Shown here piece by piece: positions 28,121-37,400 of a DNA stretch of 44,565 nt (positions within the stretch are counted from its first letter, which is position 1; each line of letters opens with the position of its first letter). The position numbers and the translations under genes were made by a program. The DNA is taken from sequence record SRR20825010_2427. One strand, given 5' to 3'. The notes beneath the pieces are model-generated. The model was not told the origin of the DNA, did not search any database, and saw only the letters and a list, made by a program, of their open reading frames with translations.

Positions 28121-29047
28121 CTACGCCGTGGTTGCTTTGGTATCTCGTTTGATCTCTTCCACCACGCGAACGGCTTTGGGTTCGGGTCGAATCCCATCGC
28201 CATAGCGGACCGCGTAAACCTGCGTGGCTTCCGCACCGAGCAGAACGATCATGGCGGTGTAGTAAACCCACACCAACAGCACGGCCAACGAAGCGGCTGC
28301 GGCACCGAGCTGTGCCCCGGGTTCACTCATCGAAAAATACAACTGCATCGCGTAGCGGCCGACCAAAAATAGGATTGTCGTCACGGCGGCTCCAACAGCC
28401 ACATCTCGCCATTTGGTGATCGCGTCGGGCATGAACTTAAAAATGGAAGCGAAGATGACGAAGACAACCAATGCCTGAACGGCAAAGTTTGCTAGATGAG
28501 CGACCGTTTCTGACATCCCAATCCAACCACCCACTTGATCACCCAAAGCGGTCAAAACCGAAGAGACGACCAATGAAACCAGCAGCAGAAAGCCCAGACC
28601 CAAGATCATCCCAAAAGACAAAAATCGTTTCGCGATCATGTCTTTGATGCCGCTGTTTTCGGGATCGGGTTTCACTTCCCAAACCTGATTCAGTGCTGCT
28701 TGCAATGCGGAGACCACACCCGTTGCACCAACCAAAATCCCGGCAAAACTCAGCAGCGTTTTCCACCACTTCCCTGAGGTCTGCTCGTGGTTCTCCATGA
28801 TGGTCTCAATCTGTTCGACCGCCGCGGGATTACCAATCATCTGAGAAGCCTGCGTCTGCAAAATCCCCTGCGCCTTTTCGGTGGCCTGCTCACTGTCGTA
28901 CATCACCGACAAGCTGAACGTCAGCACCGTCATCATCAGATACAGCAGTGGAGGCAGTGCGAACGCGGTGTAGTACGCCAACGCAGCCGCTAGCGTGCTG
29001 CAACGATCCTTTGAAAACTCCGAAAATACTTGCTTGAGAAAACCCAC
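28121..29047 (-). CDS. YihY/BrkB family membrane protein
   Basis: AAALAYYTAFALPP, ALNQVW, LLVWVYYTAMIVLLGAE. GTG start inferred, because the track's longer start overlaps the promoter motif. Confidence 0.9.
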   Translation of the reverse strand: MGFLKQVFSEFSKDRCSTLAAALAYYTAFALPPLLYLMMTVLTFSLSVMYDSEQATEKAQGILQTQASQMIGNPAAVEQIETIMENHEQTSGKWWKTLLSFAGILVGATGVVSALQAALNQVWEVKPDPENSGIKDMIAKRFLSFGMILGLGFLLLVSLVVSSVLTALGDQVGGWIGMSETVAHLANFAVQALVVFVIFASIFKFMPDAITKWRDVAVGAAVTTILFLVGRYAMQLYFSMSEPGAQLGAAAASLAVLLVWVYYTAMIVLLGAEATQVYAVRYGDGIRPEPKAVRVVEEIKRDTKATTA

Positions 29048-29096
29048 AACTCCACCACTCGATTGAAAGGAAAAACGACCACCTCTTTCCCTTAAC

Positions 29097-29112
29097 AGCA
29101 ATCGTCGTGCCG
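29097..29112 (-). promoter_or_regulatory. sigma54 -24/-12 promoter candidate
   Basis: Minus strand CGGCACGACGATTGCT about 50 nt upstream of the YihY gene. Confidence 0.8.
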
Positions 29113-29153
29113 ATCAGCTCGCAACTAGGCTGCGAGCCCGCTGAACAAGCAAA

Positions 29154-29843
29154 TCAGTCGTTTTCTCGAAGTTCGGGGAACACGTCCAGATCGAGCTCAC
29201 GGCGTTTGATGACCGCCGAAATCCGAGTCAGGAAATCGCTCTTCAGATTCGCGACTTGTTGCTGAGTCAGGTTTAGCTGCTCGGCAACCTCGCGATTGCC
29301 ACGGCCCATCACGAAAATCAACTCGATCGCTTTCAACTTCGTAAAGTTGCCACGCGATTGCCAGTTGGCGATTTGCTCGAGGACGACTTCGACAACCAAG
29401 TCCTGCTCCAATTCCCGACGTTCCGCGCTGCGACAAATCGAACTTGGCAACCGGACACCATCGGCTTCGACATTGTCGCCGCTACCGGAACCCGATGAAC
29501 TGCCGCGTCCGAGCAACGGCAATTCAGGACGTCGCCCACACTGCCGCAAGTGATCGGTCAGCTTGTAGCTGCAGATCGAAAACAGATAACTCTCAAGCTT
29601 TCGACGCGAATCGTAGTTCGGCAGAGATACCAGAAAACCGACGAAGGTCTCTTGCACGATGTCTTCGCTGGTCGCCAGATCGCCAACCCGCCGACGGGCG
29701 TATGCCAACAAACGACCTTCGAACTGATCGATCAATTGTTGCCACGCCTGCGAATCACCTTCGCGAATCAAACCGATCAATCGAATCTCATTTTCGCGAT
29801 CAGGATCGTTGGCGGCGGACGGTGAGGGAACGGAAGCATTCAT
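29154..29843 (-). CDS. ECF-type RNA polymerase sigma factor
   Basis: Region 2 (GDSQAW...EDIVQETF...YLFSI..YKLTDHLR) and region 4 (NREVAEQLNL). Confidence 0.88.
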   Translation of the reverse strand: MNASVPSPSAANDPDRENEIRLIGLIREGDSQAWQQLIDQFEGRLLAYARRRVGDLATSEDIVQETFVGFLVSLPNYDSRRKLESYLFSICSYKLTDHLRQCGRRPELPLLGRGSSSGSGSGDNVEADGVRLPSSICRSAERRELEQDLVVEVVLEQIANWQSRGNFTKLKAIELIFVMGRGNREVAEQLNLTQQQVANLKSDFLTRISAVIKRRELDLDVFPELREND

Positions 29844-29932
29844 GAGCACCAGATTACCTGCAAATCGCAAATGCGTCGATCAACCTCAATTTCCACCTAC
29901 GAATCCAATTCCCTCAACGGTAAAATCGATGC

Positions 29933-30286
29933 ATGAATGAATCCAAAACATCAACGGACTGGTCCAGCCGCCACTGTGTTCCCTGCGAAGGCGGCATCGA
30001 TCGCATCTCCGCCGACGCCGCGAAGCGATACCTGGTCGAGCTTTCCAATTGGTCGCTCGAGGAAGATGGCAAACAAATTTCGCGAAAGTTGAACACGGGC
30101 GACTTCCAGACCGCTGTTCGGCATCTCAATGCGATCGCCGAACTAGCGGAGGCGGAACAACATCATCCCGATCTGCATTTGACCGGTTACCGGCACCTTC
30201 GCGTTGTCCTGACGACCCACGCGATCGGCGGTTTGAGTGAAAATGATTTTGTGATGGCCGCCCACATCGATCGGGTTGTCTCGTGA
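29933..30286 (+). CDS. phhB: Pterin-4-alpha-carbinolamine dehydratase
   Basis: CVPCEGG, AEAEQHHPDL, TTHAIGGLSENDFVMAA. Confidence 0.92.
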   Translation: MNESKTSTDWSSRHCVPCEGGIDRISADAAKRYLVELSNWSLEEDGKQISRKLNTGDFQTAVRHLNAIAELAEAEQHHPDLHLTGYRHLRVVLTTHAIGGLSENDFVMAAHIDRVVS

Positions 30287-30621
30287 GTGTTTCCTACGAC
30301 CGAGCCCTGGCGCTGCTGGACGAATGCAACGGCGACGATCTTTGGAGCGTCGATCACTGTCAACTCCGGCGAGTCCCTCAAGAATGGATCGACGAGCTGG
30401 CCGATGCCTTCGAAACCAGCTACCGATTTCGTGACCAAACCATTTCGGTCCCTGACCCCGCGGGCCGTCGAGTGGTGAACCAGTATCACGGTGTTCGAGA
30501 CGTTGATTTGGCGGTCAAACTTGGCCGACAACTGGGCGTCAACGTCGAATCGATTCAATCGATTTCGCTCACTCGTCAATCGCTGGTCAGAAACATCAAA
30601 GACGCGGTTTTTGAAGGCTAA
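30283..30621 (+). CDS. Hypothetical protein
   Basis: 112 aa; GTGA overlap with the dehydratase stop; normal composition. Confidence 0.75.
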   Translation: MSVSYDRALALLDECNGDDLWSVDHCQLRRVPQEWIDELADAFETSYRFRDQTISVPDPAGRRVVNQYHGVRDVDLAVKLGRQLGVNVESIQSISLTRQSLVRNIKDAVFEG

Positions 30622-30765
30622 TCCGCTTGCGGCAGTGGCACTTTAAGCAAAAGACGCAATTCTTTCGGACTTGTTGCCAAAGTCATCGATGCGGTATAGG
30701 CGTGTTCGCAAGCGGTCCAACGTACTGCTAACGACCAATGCCCGTCTTTTCAAACGCGACCCGCC

Positions 30766-32103
30766 ATGGCCCAAGCAAACCTTCCGGGAAGTCTCCCTTT
30801 CTTCTTTCGCTCGCGAATTGTTCGCGGACTTGCCTCCGCCTGTCTCTTTGCTGCTGGCACCGCCGCAACGAGCCATCATGTGTACGGCCAGGGTGGATTC
30901 ACCCTTCCGTCCAATTCAGTTGCTCGGGGCCCGTCCACGGCTGAAACACCATCCGCTTCGCAAGGCTTCGCGCCGCGAGCCGCCGGCCCGACCGCAGCGA
31001 ACACGCCGCCCAGTCTGCAAACGCCGCCGCAAACCACTGCCAACCGGAATGCATTGCCCACTGGCGGTGCCGCTCCCACCGGCCAGCTTTCTGGTGGTGG
31101 CCAACTGCCACGCGAAGCCGGCCAAGAACACCGCGTTTACAACATCAGCCCCTACACCGGCTACCTGACCAAACACGATCGCCCTCACCAAGCCATCGTC
31201 GACTGGATCGTCCGCGAAACCGGCACGGATGTCTGGCACACCGAACCATTTGGGTTCATGAGTGCCGACCGAGACGAATTGAAGGTCTACCACACCAACG
31301 AAATGCATCAGGTCATCGGCGGTATCGTCGAACGCTTTGTTGCTGGTGACAAAGAACCACAAGTCATGAACCTTCGGTTGATGACCGTCGGCAACCCGAA
31401 CTGGCGAAGCAACGCTCACATGTTGATGCAGCACGTCAACGTGCAATCGCCTGGTTTGCAAGCTTGGTTGCTGACCAAGGAAAATGCCGCGTTGGTCATG
31501 AACATGCTTCGTTCACGCACCGACGTTCGCGAAGTCCAAGCGGTCGACCTGATCACCAACAATGGACAAACCGAAAAACTCGCCAGCACTCGCGGTCGCA
31601 ACTACGTCCTCAATGTTAAGCCTTCGCCCGCCAACTGGCCTCCGTACGAACCCGAAACCGGTGAGATTCAAGAAGGTTTCCAAATCGAAGTCAGCCCGCT
31701 TCTCAGCGTCGATGGTCGCACGTTGGATTGCGTGATCAACGCCAACATCGATCAAGTCGACAAATTCGTGCCCGTCGAACTCGACCTGCCACTTCCGAAC
31801 AACCAAGTCCACCGCACCAAAATCGAAGTGCCCCAGCTCGTGAGCTGGCGTTTGCACGAACGATTCCGTTGGCCTTCGGACATGGTGCTTCTGCTGTCCT
31901 GCGGTGTGGTGGCCAGCCCCGAGCGACCTCAATCCAGCTTGCCACTGTTCAACCTCAGCTCGATCACCGGCACCACCGCGGGCCGGGCCGACGCGTTGAT
32001 GTTTGTTGAATTCCGAGGCCGTGCCTCTGACAACTTGACTACCACCCCATTGGTGCCACAGATCGGGTCCCGCGTTTCGGCTCCCAATCGCGGCCGCTAT
32101 TGA
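30766..32103 (+). CDS. Secreted protein with secretin-like C-terminal region
   Basis: Signal/TM segment, Pro/Thr/Ala linker, then LITNNGQ...EGFQIEVSPLLSVDGRTL reminiscent of the secretin domain. The ORF is solid; the product call is tentative. Confidence 0.6.
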   Translation: MAQANLPGSLPFFFRSRIVRGLASACLFAAGTAATSHHVYGQGGFTLPSNSVARGPSTAETPSASQGFAPRAAGPTAANTPPSLQTPPQTTANRNALPTGGAAPTGQLSGGGQLPREAGQEHRVYNISPYTGYLTKHDRPHQAIVDWIVRETGTDVWHTEPFGFMSADRDELKVYHTNEMHQVIGGIVERFVAGDKEPQVMNLRLMTVGNPNWRSNAHMLMQHVNVQSPGLQAWLLTKENAALVMNMLRSRTDVREVQAVDLITNNGQTEKLASTRGRNYVLNVKPSPANWPPYEPETGEIQEGFQIEVSPLLSVDGRTLDCVINANIDQVDKFVPVELDLPLPNNQVHRTKIEVPQLVSWRLHERFRWPSDMVLLLSCGVVASPERPQSSLPLFNLSSITGTTAGRADALMFVEFRGRASDNLTTTPLVPQIGSRVSAPNRGRY

Positions 32104-32323
32104 TCTGCCCATCGGCTCACCTTTGCTGCCAACGGCTAACGTTTTGCCCACTCTTATCCGCGATTACGCGGGTCCGCAGTGGGCTCCAACGTTCACGTGC
32201 ACTGCTCCGCTCCCGCTTCGCGGACGGATTTGCTATCTTCGCCGGCCCGCAAAGTCCTCCATTCCTGCTTCGATTCCATTCGGTCTGATGTGACCGGATA
32301 CGAACCAATCCAGATAGTCATCC

Positions 32324-33658
32324 ATGCCAGCTACCTCCGCCCAACGCGTCGTGATCACCGGCATCGGCGTGATCAGTCCGCTCGGTAACACTCCCGAAGA
32401 ACTCCTCAGCGGATTGCGGGAAGGCAAAAGCGGCATCGCTCCGTTCACGCAAATCCCGACGGACGTTCTGCCCATCAGCAATGGTGCCGAAGCGAGTGCA
32501 TTCACCGGCCACATCAGCGACTACGGACCACTCGAAAAATCGTTGCAACGAACGATCCGTAAAGGCAGCAAGGTGATGTGCCGCGAAATCGAGATGGGAG
32601 TCGCGGCGGCTCAGTTGGCGCTACACAACGGCGGTCACAACCCCGACGACTTCGATCGCGATCGCACGGGAGTCGTTTATGGATGCGACTACATCATGTC
32701 GCTTCCCGAAGAATACGCCGAGGGTATTGCCGCCTGCACCACCGATGGTGAGTTTGACTTCACCAAGTGGGGTGACCTGGGACTTCCAAAGGTCAACCCG
32801 CTGTGGTTGCTGAAGTACCTGCCCAACATGCCAGCTTCGCACATCGCGATCTACAACGACCTTCGCGGCCCCAATAACTCCATCACTCTTCGCGAAGCAT
32901 CCGCCGGTGCGGCAATCTCCGAAGCGGTCTCAACAATTTCGCGTGGCCATGCCGATGCGTTGGTCGTTGGCTCTACCGGCTCGCGAGTTCACACATTGCG
33001 AACGCTGCATGCTTCGATGCAAGAGAAATTGGCATCGGACACGGAAGACCCGAGTCGCATGTCGCGTCCATTCGACGCCAGCCGTGACGGCAGTGTGGTG
33101 GGCGAAGGTGCGGGCGCGTTCCTGTGTGAATCACTGGAACACGCCGAGAAACGTGGTGCGACGATTTATGGTGAAATCGTTGCTTGCAGTTCCAGTGCAG
33201 TCGGTCCTGCTGCCGGTGACCAACCCATGCGAAAGGGTTTCGCCAATGTCCTACGAGGCGTGATTCGAGGAGGCCGCGAAAACGGCTTTGCCCCTGCCGA
33301 AGGAAAGATCAACGTCGGTCACGTTCATGCTCATGGACTGTCGGACGTGGACACGGACGCGTGCGAAGCGGGTGCGATCGCTGACGTATTTGGATTCGCC
33401 GAATCCCAACCACCAGTCACCACCGCCAAAGGTCACCTCGGCAACATCGGTGCCGGCAGCGGGATGGTCGAAATGATCGCCAGCCTACAAAGCCTTGGCG
33501 ATAAATTGTTCCCGATTCGCAACTTGGAACAGCTTGATGAAAACTGCCCCATTGCGGCAGTGACCACCGACGATCAATCCGCCGGTGACAACTTCATCAA
33601 TCTCAACATCACGCCGCAGGGACAAACGACGGCCGTTTGGATCACCAAACCTCGCTGA
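32324..33658 (+). CDS. Beta-ketoacyl synthase (FabF-like) with substituted catalytic residues
   Basis: RVVITGIGVISPLG, PNMPAS, SRPFD..RDG.V.GEGAG, HAHG; the Cys site reads TLREAS. Confidence 0.88.
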   Translation: MPATSAQRVVITGIGVISPLGNTPEELLSGLREGKSGIAPFTQIPTDVLPISNGAEASAFTGHISDYGPLEKSLQRTIRKGSKVMCREIEMGVAAAQLALHNGGHNPDDFDRDRTGVVYGCDYIMSLPEEYAEGIAACTTDGEFDFTKWGDLGLPKVNPLWLLKYLPNMPASHIAIYNDLRGPNNSITLREASAGAAISEAVSTISRGHADALVVGSTGSRVHTLRTLHASMQEKLASDTEDPSRMSRPFDASRDGSVVGEGAGAFLCESLEHAEKRGATIYGEIVACSSSAVGPAAGDQPMRKGFANVLRGVIRGGRENGFAPAEGKINVGHVHAHGLSDVDTDACEAGAIADVFGFAESQPPVTTAKGHLGNIGAGSGMVEMIASLQSLGDKLFPIRNLEQLDENCPIAAVTTDDQSAGDNFINLNITPQGQTTAVWITKPR

Positions 33659-33695
33659 GCTTGGCGACACTCATACTGCGCGACGAATAAAGGGC

Positions 33696-33740
33696 GGCTC
33701 CCGGTCGCTCGAGGGCTAGTCGAATCGCGGACCGGGAGCC
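33696..33740. terminator. Hairpin between convergent genes (possible bidirectional terminator)
   Basis: GGCTCCCGGTC ... GACCGGGAGCC perfect 11-bp inverted repeat; no clear U-tract. Confidence 0.5.
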
Positions 33741-33856
33741 TCGCCGGTTTCGGAACATCCTCCACCGACTCAAGCTTTTAAGTCTCGAACTGATTGCACA
33801 CACGTTGCATTCATTCACGAAAGGCTCACGCTGCCGAAGCCAACAACGTTTCGCGA

Positions 33857-34372
33857 TCAATCGTGATCGTGACCTTCATGATCGTGTCCTTCGTGCCCGT
33901 GATCGTGCGAGATCTTTCCGGTGTAGGATTTGCCATCGATCTGCAGTGTCACGGCACCTTCCGCACCTTCTTTCATCCATCCAGCCATCTCCGTGCTGGT
34001 GATCGTGAATGATGACGCCTTGCCGTCCGTAGAGTTCGAGGCGGGCAAAGCAAACGTCTTCACTTCGTCGTCTTGCTTCAAACTGACCGACAACTCAGCG
34101 GCATCGATCGCCACCATTTCCGATGCGGCACCATTCAAGACATTCAGCGTCACCGACTGATCGTCATGAAGCATTTCCAAGTGAAAGGCTTCTTTACCCA
34201 ATTCAATCAGCTCGCCTCCATTGGGCCCGTGTTCCGGATGGCCGTGCGAGTCCGGTGGCGCTCCTTCCATCATCACCATGTCCGGATCATCTCCCGAATC
34301 CGAGACGGGTTTTGCCCCGCAACCCACCGTGAACAAACAAGCCAGTACCGCCAAGTTCCGTGCAAACTTCAT
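33857..34372 (-). CDS. His-rich lipoprotein, putative metal-binding accessory protein
   Basis: Lipobox TVG-C, HGHPEHGPNGGELIELG..FHLE, C-terminal HDHGHEGHDHEGHDHD. Confidence 0.85.
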   Translation of the reverse strand: MKFARNLAVLACLFTVGCGAKPVSDSGDDPDMVMMEGAPPDSHGHPEHGPNGGELIELGKEAFHLEMLHDDQSVTLNVLNGAASEMVAIDAAELSVSLKQDDEVKTFALPASNSTDGKASSFTITSTEMAGWMKEGAEGAVTLQIDGKSYTGKISHDHGHEGHDHEGHDHD

Positions 34373-34477
34373 CTCAACTCCAGGGACACAAAAGGGGGAC
34401 AACAATTTTTCGTCAAATGGCTCGGATCGACTCCGTTGTTTCGAACTCGCCCCAAGCCAACGTCACACTCATCTTTT

Positions 34478-37400
34478 TCACTTCTCGAAAGACTCACCGA
34501 AATCTCCGGCGGTTTCGGCAACCATCTGTTGTCCGGCGGTTCGGCCAATCGCCCAAAACAGAGCCGGACGAACAAAGAATTCAGCCAGCGTGCTGCTGAG
34601 CAATCCTCCAACAATCACGGTCGCGATCGGAAACAGAATCTCTTTGCCGGGTTCTCCCGCCGCCAACGCCAACGGCAGCAATCCAATGCCAGACGTCAGC
34701 GCCGTCATCAACACGGGTGCCATGCGTTCCTGTCCCGCTCGCACAACCATTTGGTGCGTCCATGATTCCCCTTCGTGACGAACCAAGTGCAGATAGTGGT
34801 TGAGCAACAAGATCCCGTTTCGACTGGCAATCCCACATAGTGAGATGAATCCCACCATCGCGGCGACCGTTAGGTTCTGATCCGTGAGCACCAAAGCCGC
34901 GACGGCACCAACGAACGCCGTGGGCAATGCGACCAAGACTTGCATGGCAAAATTAACGTTGCCAAACAGCGTGTAGAGAACCAGGAACATCCCCACCAAT
35001 GCGACACCCGACAAGATCATCAACCGACGAGTCGCTGATTGCTGGCTCTCAAATTGGCCGCCATATTCCAGGTAGTATCCCGGTTGAAGTTCCAGATCCT
35101 CTAGCCTTGATTGGATGTCGTTGACCACATCCACCACACCACGATCGGACACGTTTGCCTGCAACACGATTCGGCGACGCACTTTCTCTCGCTTGATCAT
35201 GTTGGGACCGTCGCTTCGATAGACATCGGCCAATTCATCGAGGGGTAGGGTTCCGCCGTTTGGCAATGGAACCGGCAATCGCATCAGCTTGTCGATGTTT
35301 TCGCGATACGGTTCATCCATTCGAAGCATCAGATCAAACGTCCGTTGGCCCATCACGATCTGGCTGACCACCTGCCCATTCATTGCAGTCTCGACCAACT
35401 CCATCACATTCGCGGGACGCAATCCGTTTTGAGTCAGTGCAACCTGATCCACATCGATTCGTAGTTGGGGGATGTTTGTTTGTTGCTCGATCATCACATC
35501 GGCCAAGCCCGGTACATCGGCGATTCGTCGCTTCATCTCCTCGGCTTTGTTTCGCAACACGTCCAAGTCATCGCCGTATAGCTTGATACCAATCTGCGCC
35601 TTCACTCCCGAAATCATGTGGCTGATCAGGTGGGCGAGTGGTTGCTCGGTACTCGATACCACGCCGGGAAACTCTTCCATCGTCTCGCGAACCGTTTCGA
35701 TCGTCTGTTCGCGATTGGCGTCATCGGCAATCTCCAAGAACATCTCGGTGACATTGACCCCTTCGGCATGCTCATCCAGTTCAGCTCGACCGGTCCGTCG
35801 AGCCACCGACTTCACTGAGTCGATCTTCATCAGCTCCTCTTGAATCGCCACACCAATCTCATTGCTCGTCGCCAGCGACGTTCCCGGGGCCAACAAAGCG
35901 TTGACCTGGACAGCGCCCTCGTTGAACGGAGGCAAGAAGTCACGCTCCAACCGCGAAAGCGCGATCGCGGCAAAGACAACCAATACTGCAGTTGCTGCAA
36001 GAACAGGAACTGCCAATCGTGTGCTGAACCGAATCGCCAATCCAGCGATCCCCTTCAATCCTTCGAGCAATCGACCTTCTTCGGCGTCTCCACCACCGAG
36101 CAACCATTCCGAGACCTGAATCACGATCCAAAACACGGGTGTTAACAACAGCGTCCAAACGAGCGTGCTCCCCGGTAATTGCCATCCTTCGATGAACCAA
36201 TGTGACAACCGAGGCAAGATCCATGTGACGGTCAATCCAGAGATCCCGAATGCCATTACGGGAACGACCATTTGCCAATTTCGCTTTCCGACCATCAGCA
36301 AAGATGCCAAAACCGGGGTCACGGTCAGCGAAACCCCCAACGATGCGATCAGAGAAACGACATAACCCATCGCCAAAGGAACAAATAGCTTTCCTTCCAT
36401 TCCCTCCAAAGCAAACAAGGGAATGAACACCAACACCACAATCGCGGTGCCATAGACCACGCTGCTGCGGACTTCGACGCTGGCGTCGTAAACCACCCGT
36501 AACACCGGGCGAGGATTGTCCTGATTCCGGTTTTCTTTTAGCCGACGAAAGATGTTTTCAACGTCCACGATCGCGTCGTCGACCAATTCGCCAATCGCTA
36601 CCGCCAATCCACCCAGCGTCATCGTGTTGATCGACAATCCAAAGATCGCAAAGACACAGGCGGTCGAAATGATAGACAGCGGAATCGCGGTGAGCGTGAT
36701 GAATGTGGTTCGGAAATTCAGCAGAAACAAAAACAGTATCACCAAAACCAACACACCGCCGTCGGCCAGAGCCTCGACCACGTTCTCAATCGCCCGATCG
36801 ATGAATGAACGTTGGGAGTAGACGTTAGCGATCCGAATGTCGTCAGGAAGAGAAACCCTGAGTTCTTCAAGTGCCTCCGCGATGGCCTGGTCCACCTTTC
36901 GCGTGTCACTACCGGGTTGCTTGTTGATCGTCAGCACCACCGCGGGACCGCCTTCGATATTGCCGGCCTCGTCTCGTAAGAACGCCGACGAGTCACCACG
37001 TTTGACTTGAGCCCCCTCCACCACTCGTGCGACGTCGGCCAAGGTCACCGGACGGCCCGCTCGCATCGTGATTGCGATCTGCTTGAGTTCGTCCAGACTG
37101 GTGATGCGCCCAAGTCCTCGAACCAACAACTCATTGGCACCTTGGTCGTCCAAGTAGCCACCCGTCGCGTTCATGTTGGATTCGTTCACCGCCGTGTGAA
37201 CGTCTTCGATCGTGAGCCCAAACTGAATCAGCTTGTCCGGATCAATCAAAACCTGAAACTGCTTCCGCCCACCGCCCATCGTGAAAACTTGTGACACACC
37301 GGGCACCGTCAGCAATCGCTGACGTACAACCCAATCGGCCATCGTCCGCACCTTCATCGGCTCCGTTTCGCCACCTTCACTCCACATCCCGTACATCAGG

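Noticed and set aside
30636-30651. TGGCACTTTAAGCAAA upstream of 30766
   Set aside because: Spacing is two bases too short for sigma54.
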